A stretch of DNA of 64,000 bases from an uncultured Nitrospiraceae bacterium (GTDB lineage Bacteria; Nitrospirota; Thermodesulfovibrionia; Thermodesulfovibrionales; Dissulfurispiraceae), in NCBI GenBank assembly GCA_963705105.1, contig CAVPIW010000005.1, positions 160,001 to 224,000 of the forward strand, in the 5' to 3' direction. The notes under the pieces were generated by a model, which was not told the origin of the DNA, ran no database searches, and was given only the letters and a program-made list of their open reading frames with translations. Below, in pieces: positions 1-10,235 of this stretch (its first letter is position 1; every line of letters starts with the position of its first letter). Position numbers and translations under genes: made by a program.

Positions 1-878
1 GCGAGGACAAGGGATACGAAGGGTATATGCCCGGCGTGTATTTTCTGAGGAATTCCAACCTCGGCCTCCTCGACGAGCTCCCGAAGGGAACGAAGATCGC
101 CGTCGTCGGAGGCGGCAACGTCGCCATCGACTGTGTCAGGATGGCCTTCCGCCTGGGCTTCGATGATTCGAACATCGTATACAGGAGAACGGAAAAGGAG
201 ATGCCCGCCGACGAGATCGAGATCAGGGACGCCAAGGCCGAGGGGGTCAAATTCCACTTCCTCACGGCGCCCAAGAGGATCGTCGCAGAGGACGGGAAGG
301 TGAAGGGACTCGAGTGCTTTAAGATGGAACTGGGCGAGCCCGACAAATCGGGCAGAAGGAAGCCCGTCCCCGTCCCGGACTCCGACTTCATCATTGAAGC
401 CGACGTCATCATTCCCGCCATCGGTCAGGAGGGGGATTACTCCTGCATGTGCAACCTGCCCGGCGTGGACGTGACGAAGTGGGGAGCCCTCATCGTCAAC
501 GATTTCCTCATGTCGAGCAGAAAGGGTGTCTTTGCCGGCGGCGACTGCGTCACGGGGCCGGATGTCCTCATCAGGGCCTGTGCCCAGGGAAGGCTGACGG
601 CATTCCGGATCGACAAGTTCCTGAAAGAGGGGACACTCGATTTCTTTGACGAGGAACTGGACGAGAAACTGATCAAGAACCTGAAGATCTATGATCCCTC
701 CGAGAAGGTGGCCCTTCCTGGCGGCGTTCCGAGGATGCCCATCAAGCATGAGCCCGCGGAGGAGCGGAAGAAGGATTTCCGCGAAGTCGACAAGGGATTC
801 ACGACGGACGAGGCGAAGGCTGAGGCGTCACGGTGCCTCAGGTGTTACCGGGTAGTAACCTTTGCAAAGGGAAAATAA
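1..878 (+). CDS. FAD/NAD(P)H-dependent oxidoreductase, GltD/SudA/SfrB-like (5' partial)
   Basis: The frame is open from the window edge. Motifs: GGGNVAIDC (second Rossmann fold), VYRRT (NADPH-type), AIGQ, FAGGD and C-terminal EASRCLRC. Confidence 0.88.
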   Translation, partial: EDKGYEGYMPGVYFLRNSNLGLLDELPKGTKIAVVGGGNVAIDCVRMAFRLGFDDSNIVYRRTEKEMPADEIEIRDAKAEGVKFHFLTAPKRIVAEDGKVKGLECFKMELGEPDKSGRRKPVPVPDSDFIIEADVIIPAIGQEGDYSCMCNLPGVDVTKWGALIVNDFLMSSRKGVFAGGDCVTGPDVLIRACAQGRLTAFRIDKFLKEGTLDFFDEELDEKLIKNLKIYDPSEKVALPGGVPRMPIKHEPAEERKKDFREVDKGFTTDEAKAEASRCLRCYRVVTFAKGK

Positions 879-893
879 AACGAGGAGACGACA

Positions 894-3599
894 ATGCAAG
901 TAGTTGTCAACGGAAAAACAATAGAGGCCGCTGAGGGCGATTCGATCCTGAAGATCGCCGAGGCCAACGACATCCATATTCCGACGCTCTGTTACCTGAA
1001 GAAGCTTTCGCCGATCGGCTCCTGCAGGATGTGCGTCGTCGAGGTCGAAGGCCTTGAAAAGCCCGTCACCGCCTGTGACACCCCCGCCGTCAACGGCATG
1101 GTGATACAGACGGACACGCCGAAACTCAGGGACATGCGGAGGGAAATCCTCCGGTTCCTGCTGGTCAATCACCCGCTGGAATGTCCCTTCTGCGACAAGG
1201 CGGGGGAATGCATGCTCCAGGACCTGGTTTACGAATACCTGGACGACGTCCAGCAGTTCCTTGTGAGCATCCCCGGCAAAAAGTACAAGGAATACGCGAC
1301 TCCCGCCATCGTTTATCACCCCAACCGCTGCGTCGTCTGCAGCAGGTGCGTCAGGGCCTGCAGGGAGATCATAGGCAGAAGCGTGCTCGACCTTGTGAAC
1401 AAAGGGTATGAGACGCGGGTCGAGGCGGTGGCGCCGGAGCGCTGCATCTCCTGCGGTGAATGCCTCTCCGTCTGTCCCGTCGGCGCCCTGACCGAGCACG
1501 TGAGCGAGCGCAAAGGCAGGGTATGGTATGCGAAGAAGGTCCCGACGGTCTGCGGATATTGCGGCGTCGGCTGTGCCATCGAGTTGAACATATATGACGA
1601 TAAGGTCATTAAGGTCACCACCGATGAGGAAGCGGGACCGAACAACGGGTCTCTTTGCGTCAAGGGACGGTTCGGATACGGCTTTATCACGAGCCCCGAC
1701 CGCATCAAGACGCCCATGATCCGCAAGAACGGGAGCCTCCAGGAGGCAACCTGGGACGAAGCCCTGAATTATGCGGCGCGCACCCTGAAGAGGATCAAGG
1801 AGGACCACGGGCCCGACAGCATCGCCGGTCTCACCTCGGCGCGGTGCACCAACGAGGACAATTACGTGTTCCAGAAGTTCATGAGGGCAACGATCGGCAC
1901 GAACAACATCGATCATTGCGCCCGACTTTGACACTCGAGCACCGTGGCCGGTCTGGCCCAAACGCTCGGTTCAGGAGCAATGACGAACTCGATCGACGAC
2001 CTCGATCAGGCTGACGTAATCCTCGTGACGGGGAGCAACACCACGGAGACTCACCCGGTCATCGGCATGAGGCTCCGCCATCTGGCGCGGTATCACGGCA
2101 AGAAGATCATCGTCGTCGATCCCAGGAGGATCGACCTCGTCGAAGAGGCCGCCATGTGGCTTTCCCCGAAACCCGGTCACGACCTGGCATGGCTCAACGG
2201 GTTTGCAAACGTGATCATTGCCGAGAATCTCCAAAACCAGAAGTTCATCGACGAGCAGACCGAGGGATTCAACGATCTGAAGTCCCTCGTCGCGAAATAC
2301 ACTCCTGAACACGTTGAGGGGATTACAGGCATCCCGAAGGATGACCTCATCCGTGCAGCCCGGCTTTACGGGACCGCAAAGAACGCGGCCATCCTCTACT
2401 GCATGGGCATCACTCAGCATTCGAAGGGCACCGACAATGTGAAGGCCATCTCGAACCTCGCCCTGCTCTGCGGCCAGATCGGGAGGCCCGGAACAGGCGT
2501 CAACCCCCTGAGGGGACAGAACAACGTCCAGGGCGCCTGCGACATGGGAGGCCTGCCGAATGTCTATCCCGGATACCAGGCTGTGACGGTCCCGGAGATC
2601 AGGGAGAAATTCGAAAAGGCTTGGGGAGTGCCGCTCTCACCGAAGGCGGGGGTGACCGTCGTCGAGATGACCCACGCTGCACATGCCGGAAAGATAAAGG
2701 CGATGTATATCATGGGAGAGAACCCCATGATCACCGATCCCGATCTCACCCATGTGGAGGAGGCCTTCGACCGCCTGGAACTCCTCGTCGTCCAGGATAT
2801 CTTCCTCACCGAAACGGCGAGGAAGGCCCACGTCGTCCTGCCCGCCGCATCCTTCGCAGAGAAGGACGGGACCTTCGCCAACACGGAGCGACGCGTCCAG
2901 AAGGTGAACAAGGCGCTCCAGGAGCCGGGCATATCACGTCAGGACTGGGACATCACAGCCGACCTCAGCACGAGAATGGGATATCCCATGAAGTACGCAA
3001 AGGCTGAGGATGTCTTTGAAGAAATCCGCAAGTTTACCCCGCAGTATGCCGGCATCACCTTTGGAAGGCTCGGGACCAAAGGGATCCAGTGGCCCTGCCC
3101 CACCACCTCTCACCCGGGCACCCCGATCCTGCACAAGGAAAAGATCACCCGGGGCAAAGGGCTGTTCAAGGGCGTCGAATACCGGCCGCCTGCGGAGACG
3201 GTCGACGATGAATATCCGTTCGTCCTTACCACAGGCAGGGACTACTATCACTATCATTCATCGACTATGACGAGAAGGGTCGGCCTCCTCGTCGACTTCT
3301 GCCCCGAAAGCCTCGCGGAAATAAACCCGGCCGATGCCGAGAATCTCGGCATCACCGACGGGGACTGGATCAAGGTCCGGAGCAGGAGAGGCCAGGTTGT
3401 CGTGAAGACGAAGATAACGAAACGGGTGCCGAAGGGTGTGATTTTCAAGAAATTCCACTTTGTCGAGGCCTCGGTGAACAGGCTCACGAACCCGATCCTC
3501 GACCCTGAATCGAAGATACCCGAGTTCAAGGTCTGCGCTGTAAAGATCGAGAAGGCGAAGGAGGCGGACCTCCTGGCACAGGGTATGTGCTTCGGATAG
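894..3599 (+). CDS. fdhA: Selenocysteine-containing formate dehydrogenase alpha subunit (Mo/W-bisPGD) with N-terminal NuoG-like 2Fe-2S/4Fe-4S domains
   Basis: ORFs 894-1931 and 1944-3599 are in the same frame, joined through TGA 1929-1931 in the catalytic context DHCARL-U-HSSTVAGL. Also IPTLC, CGYCGVGC, LRGQNNVQG and a C-terminal molybdopterin dinucleotide-binding domain. Confidence 0.93.
1932..1970 (+). promoter_or_regulatory. Bacterial SECIS element
   Basis: Directly after the TGA: CGAGC-ACC-GT-GGCC-GGTCT-GGCC-CAA-AC-GCTCG, a two-part stem with a GGUCU apex like the E. coli fdhF SECIS. Confidence 0.82.
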
Positions 3600-3641
3600 A
3601 TCGCAGGCAGGCGGGGTAGACATCCCGCCTCCGAAGGTTCA

Positions 3642-3677
3642 GAGGGCTTTCATCATGTCAGGGTGAAAGCCCTTTTT
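3642..3677. terminator. Intrinsic terminator between convergent fdhA and scpA
   Basis: AGGGCTTTCATC...GGTGAAAGCCCT hairpin followed by a T-tract. Confidence 0.75.
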
Positions 3678-4419
3678 ATTCGTTTTCAACGATCCGCTTC
3701 ATAATCCAGATCGTCCCGAAAGGTCCCTCCTGGTAGGCCCGCACGAGGCCGATCCTCAGGACCTCAAGAAGAGCAAGAAAGGTGACGATGACATGGACCC
3801 TCGTGCGGTCATCGCGGAAGAGATCGTCGAACCTCAGGGACTTCTCGGCCTCGAGACGGTCGAGAATCGCTGTTATCCTGTCCTTGACCGTCAATGTCTC
3901 CCGTGAAATACTGAAGGACTCCTCCTTCTGCTCCTTCAGTATTCTGCCCAGAGCGCCGAGGAGATCGAAGAGGTTGAGATCGAAAAGAGAGAGTTCCGGT
4001 TCGGGAGGAAGTTCGCTCTTCTCCATGAGAGGCCTGTGAAAAATATCCGCCCAGAGCGCTTCCTTGTCCCTCAACTGGGCCGAGGCCTCCTTGATGCTCT
4101 GGTATTCGAGCAGTTTCTGGACAAGGTCGGTTCTCGGGTCTTCCTCGTCCGTCGCCTGCTGATCTGTTTCAATGGGCAGGAGCATGCGCGACTTAATGTA
4201 TATGAGGGTCGCCGCCATGACGATGAATTCAGAGGCGACATCGAGGTTCAGTTCCTGCATCAGTCCGATGTAATCGAGGTATTGATGAGTGATCTGGGCG
4301 ATAGGGATGTCGTAGATGTCCATCTTGTTCTCCCTGATGAGGTGGAGAAGGAGATCGAGTGGGCCTTCGAAAAGAGGGACCTTGATGGTGTAGCGTCCGC
4401 GCGGGATTATGTCTTCCAT
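3676..4419 (-). CDS. scpA: Segregation and condensation protein A
   Basis: FEGPLDLLLHLI...DIYDIPIAQIT, EFIVMAATLIYIKSRMLLP and TFLALLE kleisin motifs. Start trimmed to ATG 4419. Confidence 0.93.
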   Translation of the reverse strand: MEDIIPRGRYTIKVPLFEGPLDLLLHLIRENKMDIYDIPIAQITHQYLDYIGLMQELNLDVASEFIVMAATLIYIKSRMLLPIETDQQATDEEDPRTDLVQKLLEYQSIKEASAQLRDKEALWADIFHRPLMEKSELPPEPELSLFDLNLFDLLGALGRILKEQKEESFSISRETLTVKDRITAILDRLEAEKSLRFDDLFRDDRTRVHVIVTFLALLEVLRIGLVRAYQEGPFGTIWIMKRIVENE

Positions 4420-4459
4420 GTCCAGAGGACAGTTTATCGCAGGGCAACGCAAAAAGACA

Positions 4460-5485
4460 AACGATATTGCGAGGCCACCAGTAAGAACAGGCTGTCTCAA
4501 TGGTATGAGCGGACGGCAGTACAGCAGATTCGCCCCGTTGATCTGGGAGAGCTCACAAGCCAGAGGTATTGGGAGAAGTGGGACAGGGTGACTGAAGACG
4601 GTCTCGTTCAGATATCCAGGAGGTTCTTTAAACGGATTTGGGCTCTTGAGGCTCCCGATGCCGATTGTCTCCTGTTTGACACGACGAACTACTATACCTT
4701 CATGGCGAGCGATACGCCCTCTGCCCTTGCTAAAAGAGGCAAGAACAAGGAAGGGCGGCATAACCTGCGGCAGGTCGGCCTGGGGCTTTTAGTGACGCGC
4801 GGCTCTCGGCTGCCTTTGTACTACTGCGTCTATCCGGGCAATCTCCATGACAGCCGCCAGTTTGCTGCGGTGATGGATGAGATGTTCGGTGTTGTCTGCG
4901 GTTTTGATACGACCAAAGAGCGACTGACCGTGGTGATCGACAAGGGGATGAACTCCGAAGGCAACTTTGCATGGATCGATGAGCATTCCCGGATTCACTT
5001 CGTTACGACCTATTCGACGTACTTCGCCCAGGACTTGGCCTCTATGCATTTGGATGAGTTCGAGCCGGCTGATACCAAGAAAAACCGTCTCTTAACGGAG
5101 AAAAAAAAAAAAGACGACCAAATCCTCGTCTATCGCACGAAAGGGGAGTACTGGGGCAAGGAGCGGGCAGTGGTTGTGACGTATAATCCCATTACCGAGC
5201 GGAAACAGACCTACACGTTTGACAGCAAACTGGAAGACATCAGGCAAGAGCTTCTTGCCATGCGGTCACGGGTTCGGGACAGGGCGCCTCATTGGCGCGA
5301 TCCCGAGATGATCAAAGAGAGATACCTGAGGATCTGCGAGCATCTCCACGTCCCAAGCGATCTGTACGATATCGAGTTGTCACAGAGGGGCGGCACGTTA
5401 TCCATGAGCTTCCGCAGGAATGTGGTCCGTGTCCAGAGGAAACGGGCTATGTTCGGCAAGAACATCATCATCACCGATAAAGAGA
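4460..5485 (+). mobile_element. IS1634-family transposase remnant, truncated at both ends
   Basis: LLFDTTNYYTF, GKNKEGRHNLRQVGLGL, YPGNLHD, TVVIDKGMNS and GKNIIITD match IS1634-type DDE transposases. The N-terminus and the part after KNIIITD (third catalytic residue) are absent. Confidence 0.8.
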
Positions 5486-5636
5486 CAGTGTGTTCACAAT
5501 ATGGGGCTGTTCCGGGAAGGCAGATATGGTTCGACTCAATAACTCAATGACTTTTGCGGTGACATCTTCTCCCGCCATTTCATGTGACTGGATGATAAAT
5601 AGTGTCTGTCCACAAACTCATGACGTGCAGTATATT

Positions 5637-5718
5637 TGTCATTCCGGCTTATCCGGAATCGTTGTTTCAGAAGGATTCCCGACGCCCCCGCATCAAGTGC
5701 GGGGTTGCGGGAATGACA
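5637..5718. repeat. GTCATTCC-type palindromic (REP/dRS3-like) element
   Basis: Ends TGTCATTCC...GGAATGACA with internal hairpins. Related copies at 14348 and 14500. Confidence 0.75.
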
Positions 5719-5746
5719 GCTGAAGATTGCTTTATGGACAGACACT

Positions 5747-5968
5747 AAACCTTATCGTTGCAATACACTCCCGGGAAAGGCGGGGCTGGGGTGAATGCGC
5801 CGAAAACCTTGCTGCGGCGACACCATAACCCTCACAGAAGACAACCGTTCAAGCCAATGGCCGATCACACAAAGAGTGGAGTCCTGAAAGACAAACCTGA
5901 CGAGGCTTATCGTCGCCTTCATCAAGGCTTTGAGGCGCTTCGCCCCGCCTTTCTATGCAACTATAGAG
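5747..5968 (+). repeat. Dispersed ~220 bp hairpin repeat, family A subtype 1
   Basis: AAACCTTATCG...GAAAGGCGGGG...CCCCGCCTTTC...GCAACT. Aligns by eye with 57864-58050 and 58567-58781. Confidence 0.85.
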
Positions 5969-5988
5969 TAAATAGTGATTGTCACTGG

Positions 5989-6292
5989 TGTCCAAAATGA
6001 TCTGACACGACGATAGGGCATGATTTCTTCACATAATAAACCCTTATCACCGCAATGATATCTCAGGAAAGACGGGGCGAATGCGCCGAAAAGCATCGGT
6101 GCCGCGAAACCTTTGCCTTCCCGCACAGACCATTGCAGACAGACGTCTGAAAAAAGTGATCCTTTTACTGACACTGTCACTATTTTTCAGAGCGTGTTGC
6201 ACCGTCTTTTCGTGCAAGGCAACCGTCAATTTTGCTTCAGAAACCACACCCTATCCTCATTTTCAAGGTCTCGCTGTCAACTATTTTGGACA
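5989..6292 (-). repeat. MITE-like family B element whose core is replaced by a family A subtype 3 element
   Basis: Terminal TGTCCAAAA...TTTTGGACA. Both arms match the reverse complement of 56435-56667, while the interior 6038-6220 matches 30837-31035. Confidence 0.8.
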
Positions 6293-6317
6293 CGAGTGAG
6301 TAATGGTACAATAATAC

Positions 6318-7080
6318 ATGTCACATCGGGATAAACAGAGGCTTGACAAGGTGCTCGTCGACAGGGGCCTTGTCGCAAGCAGGGAACGGGCACGGGCGCT
6401 CATCATGGAGGGTAAGGTGTCCGTCCGCGGTGTGCCTGCCCTCAAGGCCGGCGCCCTGATCTTGCCCGGCGACGACGTGCAATTGAAAGGCGACGACATT
6501 CCCTATGTGAGCCGCGGCGGCCTGAAGCTCGAAGCAGCCCTGCACTTCTTCGGCATATCATTGTCCGGCAAGGTCGCCATGGACGTCGGGTCCTCAACAG
6601 GCGGATTCACAGACTGCATGCTCCAGGGGGGGGCAAGACGGGTCTATTGCATCGACGTCGGATATGGGCAGCTTGCATGGAAACTCCGCAATGACCCGAG
6701 GGTTATCCTCCTGGAGAGGACAAACATCCGGCTGCTCCCCCGAGAATCGATATCCCGAACCGATCGATATCGCCACCGTCGATGTTTCCTTCATCTCTCT
6801 CGGCAAAGTTATACCGACGGTGCTGGAGTTTCTCGGGTCTCCGGGAGAAATCCTCGCCCTTGTGAAGCCGCAGTTCGAGGTCGGCAAGGGTGAAGTCGGC
6901 AAGGGGGGCATCGTCCGGGATGAAGAGAAGCGTTTGGAGGCCGTGGATGCCGTCATGAAAGGGCTTGCGCTTCTGCCCCTCCGGAGCGCCGGTGTCTTCC
7001 TTTGCCCGGTGCCCGGTCAAAAGGGGAACAGGGAATACTTCATACACCTGCTGAGGGAAGTTCGGAAGCATCCCCCCTGA
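6318..7080 (+). CDS. tlyA: TlyA family rRNA methyltransferase (S4 + FtsJ), frameshifted near 6751
   Basis: RLDKVLVDRGL, YVSRGGLKL, DVGSSTGGFTDC and DVGYGQL in frame 1. DVSFISL, LVKPQFE and GNREYF continue in another frame. Removing one base restores RESIPEPID. Confidence 0.85.
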
Positions 7081-7160
7081 AGAACCTACGGATTAAACGC
7101 AATTCCGTCAGCACTTGTCATATAAGAGAGTTGTTTAGGAAAAGAGTGGTACAATATCGT

Positions 7161-8153
7161 ATGTCAACCGGCATGTCTGATATTCCTCATATATCCTGTC
7201 CTGCGCTCAGGTCGCTCCTGGCCTCGCAGGGCGGCGTCGCTTTGCTCATCGTGCTTTGGGTGCTCACGATGCTCATGGTGATCGTCCTGTCCTTCTCCTT
7301 CATGACGAGAACGGAAACCCACGCCACACTCACGTTCAGAGAAGGAATAGAAAAGAAGTTCCTTGCCGAGTCGGGTATCCAGAGGGCGATCATGGAGCTC
7401 TTCTACAGGAACACCTACAAGGGCCAGACGGTCGTTCTCGAAGGCAAGGAGGTGTGGCGTGTTGACGGAACTTCCTACGAGGGAGAGACCGGCAACGGCT
7501 CGTATACGGTGAAAATCACTGACGAGTCGGGGAAGATAGACATAAATTACGCCCCTGATGTACTATTAAAAAACTTCTTTATCCACATGGGCGTTTCCGA
7601 TCAAGTCATCGACACCCTTGTGGATTCGATCATGGACTGGAAAGACCCCGATGACCTCCACAGACTCAGCGGCGCTGAAAGTGATTATTATCAGTCATTG
7701 CCGAAGCCGTACAAGGCCAAGGACGCCAATTTCGACACCGTCGAGGAACTGCTCCTCGTGAAGGGCATGACACCCGAGATATTATACGGTGACGGGACAA
7801 AACCCGGCGCAATCGAATTCCTCACCGTCCATTCACGTTCCGCTACCATCAACGTGACATCCGCGCCGAAAGAGGTGCTGATGGCGATACCGGGCATGAC
7901 GGAGGAACTGGCCGACGGTATCATTAGCGATCGCGAAACGCAGCAGGAAGAGACTCATCAGCCGGCCATCCCGACGGAGGGCAGGCAATATGCGTCCTTC
8001 GGCGCAACGACGGCGATCTATACCATAGAATCCGTTGGAAGAAAGGGGACGGACAAAACAGGACATGCCATCAGGGCCACCGTCATGATCGACAGTGCGC
8101 AGAATACGCAGAAATACCTGTATTACAAGAGTCCCGCTATCGTTCATCCATGA
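7161..8153 (+). CDS. gspK: Type II secretion minor pseudopilin GspK
   Basis: Prepilin-like SQGGVALLIVLWVL, DESGKIDIN, DSIMDWKDPDD, GAESDYY and EELLLVKGMT. Confidence 0.9.
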   Translation: MSTGMSDIPHISCPALRSLLASQGGVALLIVLWVLTMLMVIVLSFSFMTRTETHATLTFREGIEKKFLAESGIQRAIMELFYRNTYKGQTVVLEGKEVWRVDGTSYEGETGNGSYTVKITDESGKIDINYAPDVLLKNFFIHMGVSDQVIDTLVDSIMDWKDPDDLHRLSGAESDYYQSLPKPYKAKDANFDTVEELLLVKGMTPEILYGDGTKPGAIEFLTVHSRSATINVTSAPKEVLMAIPGMTEELADGIISDRETQQEETHQPAIPTEGRQYASFGATTAIYTIESVGRKGTDKTGHAIRATVMIDSAQNTQKYLYYKSPAIVHP

Positions 8154-9697
8154 CGGCATCTGCAGCGATACAGAAATTATCGTCTTTCATCGGCGAAGGA
8201 TCGGCCCTCATGCGGAGGATCGGCAGGCCCGTCGGAAGATTCCTCACATTCAGTCCATCGGACGATCTCATCTTTCCCGGCCGTGCCCTCTGTGTTTCTC
8301 TCGAAAAGGGTGGTACGGCGACAGCCTATGGATCGAGATTCCTGTCGAGGATCAAGATCAGGGGGTTCAGACATTACGGGATCGACGAAGACCGGTACCC
8401 CACACCGGACGAGACGGCATCGGCCGTTACCCTTGCCATCAATGACCTGCGGGCCCGTAAGGGACAAATCATCCTGATGATCCCGAAGGCCTGGGTGATG
8501 ACGAAGACTGCCGAACTGCCGCTGGCTGTGAAGGAGAACCTTCAGGACGTCATTGCCTTTGAATTGGACAGGCTGACCCCGTTGAGCGCTGAAGAAGCCT
8601 ATTACGACTTCCGGATTGTCGGCGAAGACGAAGAGAAGCTCAGCCTCACCATCCTTGCCGCCCGCACCGAGGTGATCGACCCCTATATCAATGCGCTCAG
8701 GGACAAAGGTGTGACCGTCAGCGCAATCGCCGTCTCCCTTGCAGGGGTCGGCACCCTCTGCCACTTCATGGATCGGAAAACGGACACCCTCTATATCGAA
8801 ACGAATGAGAGGGGATATGACGGCACTCTCTTCAGCAAGGGGTCGATCGTTTCCTCCCTTTCGGCACAATTCTCGTCGGACGATGAGACGTCGCAGTCCC
8901 GCCAGCTCGGCGCCGACCTGATGCGCCTTGCGCATAATGATGATGACAGGGGAGAACCCAAAGTCATCCTTCACATGAAGAGAAAGTCACAGACCCTGCG
9001 GGAGCTTGTGAGGCTCGGAACGAACATGAACGTCCTTATGATCGACGAGGTCGATCTGCGCCTTGCCATGAGGGAACCGCAGTCGAATGTCCCCTATGCC
9101 GCAGTCGCCGGTGTCCTTGACACCCTGTGGCCGGCGGTCAAACAGGGAAGGCTGAACCTTATGACAAAGGGACGTCATCAAGAGGTCCGCACGCCCAGGG
9201 TGCTGACGCTGATCCTCTGCCTTGTCATCATCGCGGCTGCCGTCTATTACATGATATCGCCGATCCAGATAGAGGAGAAACGGCTGAAAGAACTGGACCG
9301 CCAGATAGCCCTCAGAAAGGGCGATGTGAAGAAGGTGGAATCCCTGAAGAAAGAGATCGAGTCGGTGAAAAAAGAAATCGCCGTCATCGAGAATTTCAAG
9401 AAGAACAGGCCGATGACGATGACGATCGTGAAGGAAATAACGTCGGTGCTGCCGAAGACGGCCTGGCTGACGAGGCTCAGGATCACCGAGACGACCGTCG
9501 AGATCGAGGGATACTCGAATTCAGCGACGGAGATCCTCTCGAAGCTCGAGGCCTCGAAACACCTGAGGAAGGCGGAATTCGCCTCGCCGACCTTCCGGGA
9601 TGTCAGGATGAATGCCGAGCGGTTCATCATCAAAATGGAACTGGAAGGAGTGAAGAAAGAGGAAGGAGAGAAGCCGAAAAGTGGTCCGAAAAAGTAA
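8150..9697 (+). CDS. gspL: Type II secretion protein GspL (C-terminal PilN domain)
   Basis: Cytoplasmic domain with ELDRLTP, one TM helix, coiled coil and PilN-like LPKTAWLTRL...EIEGYS. Lies directly after gspK. Confidence 0.75.
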   Translation: MTASAAIQKLSSFIGEGSALMRRIGRPVGRFLTFSPSDDLIFPGRALCVSLEKGGTATAYGSRFLSRIKIRGFRHYGIDEDRYPTPDETASAVTLAINDLRARKGQIILMIPKAWVMTKTAELPLAVKENLQDVIAFELDRLTPLSAEEAYYDFRIVGEDEEKLSLTILAARTEVIDPYINALRDKGVTVSAIAVSLAGVGTLCHFMDRKTDTLYIETNERGYDGTLFSKGSIVSSLSAQFSSDDETSQSRQLGADLMRLAHNDDDRGEPKVILHMKRKSQTLRELVRLGTNMNVLMIDEVDLRLAMREPQSNVPYAAVAGVLDTLWPAVKQGRLNLMTKGRHQEVRTPRVLTLILCLVIIAAAVYYMISPIQIEEKRLKELDRQIALRKGDVKKVESLKKEIESVKKEIAVIENFKKNRPMTMTIVKEITSVLPKTAWLTRLRITETTVEIEGYSNSATEILSKLEASKHLRKAEFASPTFRDVRMNAERFIIKMELEGVKKEEGEKPKSGPKK

Positions 9698-10235
9698 AAG
9701 CCTCATCCTCACAATCCCCCTGATGGCGGTTCTTGTCGGTGTCATCACATATCAATACGGATATCTGCGCGTCCAGGAGGAACTGGCCGGGATCAAAGAA
9801 GAGCAGGCGATGAAGCAGAAGACCCTCGAAAAATATATCGCCCTCATCTCCGAGAAGCCCGGTCTCGAAAAGGATCTGGCGGCGCTCAAAGAGCTGAGGA
9901 AAGCGGAAGACGCGAAGCTGATCGAAGGACAGACGCCATCCCTTGCCGCTGCGACTCTCCAGGAAAGCGTCAAGGGCATCGTGACAAGCCGGGGCGGAAC
10001 GATTTCGAGTGAGCGCGTCGGGAAACCGGAGGACTTCGATGCCTTCAAGCTCATCACCGTCAGTCTTGACGCCGTCTTTCCCGATGCGAGGGTCCTGAGC
10101 GACGTACTGTATTCCATCGAGACCCGCACGCCCTATCTGGTCGTCAAGGAGCTCGATGTGCGTGTGAGAAACCTCAGGGACCCCAGAGACCTCATGGTGA
10201 AGCTCGACAACAGTGCCCTCCTCGGAGGCAAGTAG
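9681..10235 (+). CDS. gspM: Type II secretion protein GspM
   Basis: N-terminal TM helix, coiled coil, AAATLQ and LYSIETRTPYLVV (T2SSM_b-like). Position after gspL. Confidence 0.75.
   Translation: MVRKSKSLILTIPLMAVLVGVITYQYGYLRVQEELAGIKEEQAMKQKTLEKYIALISEKPGLEKDLAALKELRKAEDAKLIEGQTPSLAAATLQESVKGIVTSRGGTISSERVGKPEDFDAFKLITVSLDAVFPDARVLSDVLYSIETRTPYLVVKELDVRVRNLRDPRDLMVKLDNSALLGGK

Noticed and set aside
1929..1943. fdhA as a nonsense pseudogene or two genes
   Set aside because: The TGA is at the catalytic Sec position and is followed by a SECIS-like hairpin.
4036..4460. N-terminal part of the 504-aa ORF, and the 114-aa extension of scpA to 4761
   Set aside because: Each is the antisense shadow of the other real gene.
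5101..5112. A12 tract as a programmed frameshift or phase-variation site
   Set aside because: It is in frame (KKKK) inside an already truncated transposase.
5637..6292. Repeat cluster as a CRISPR array
   Set aside because: There are no regularly spaced short direct repeats with unique spacers and no cas genes anywhere in the window.
5758..6334. Small ORFs inside the repeat families
   Set aside because: Starts, stops and frames are not conserved between copies, so the elements are treated as non-coding.
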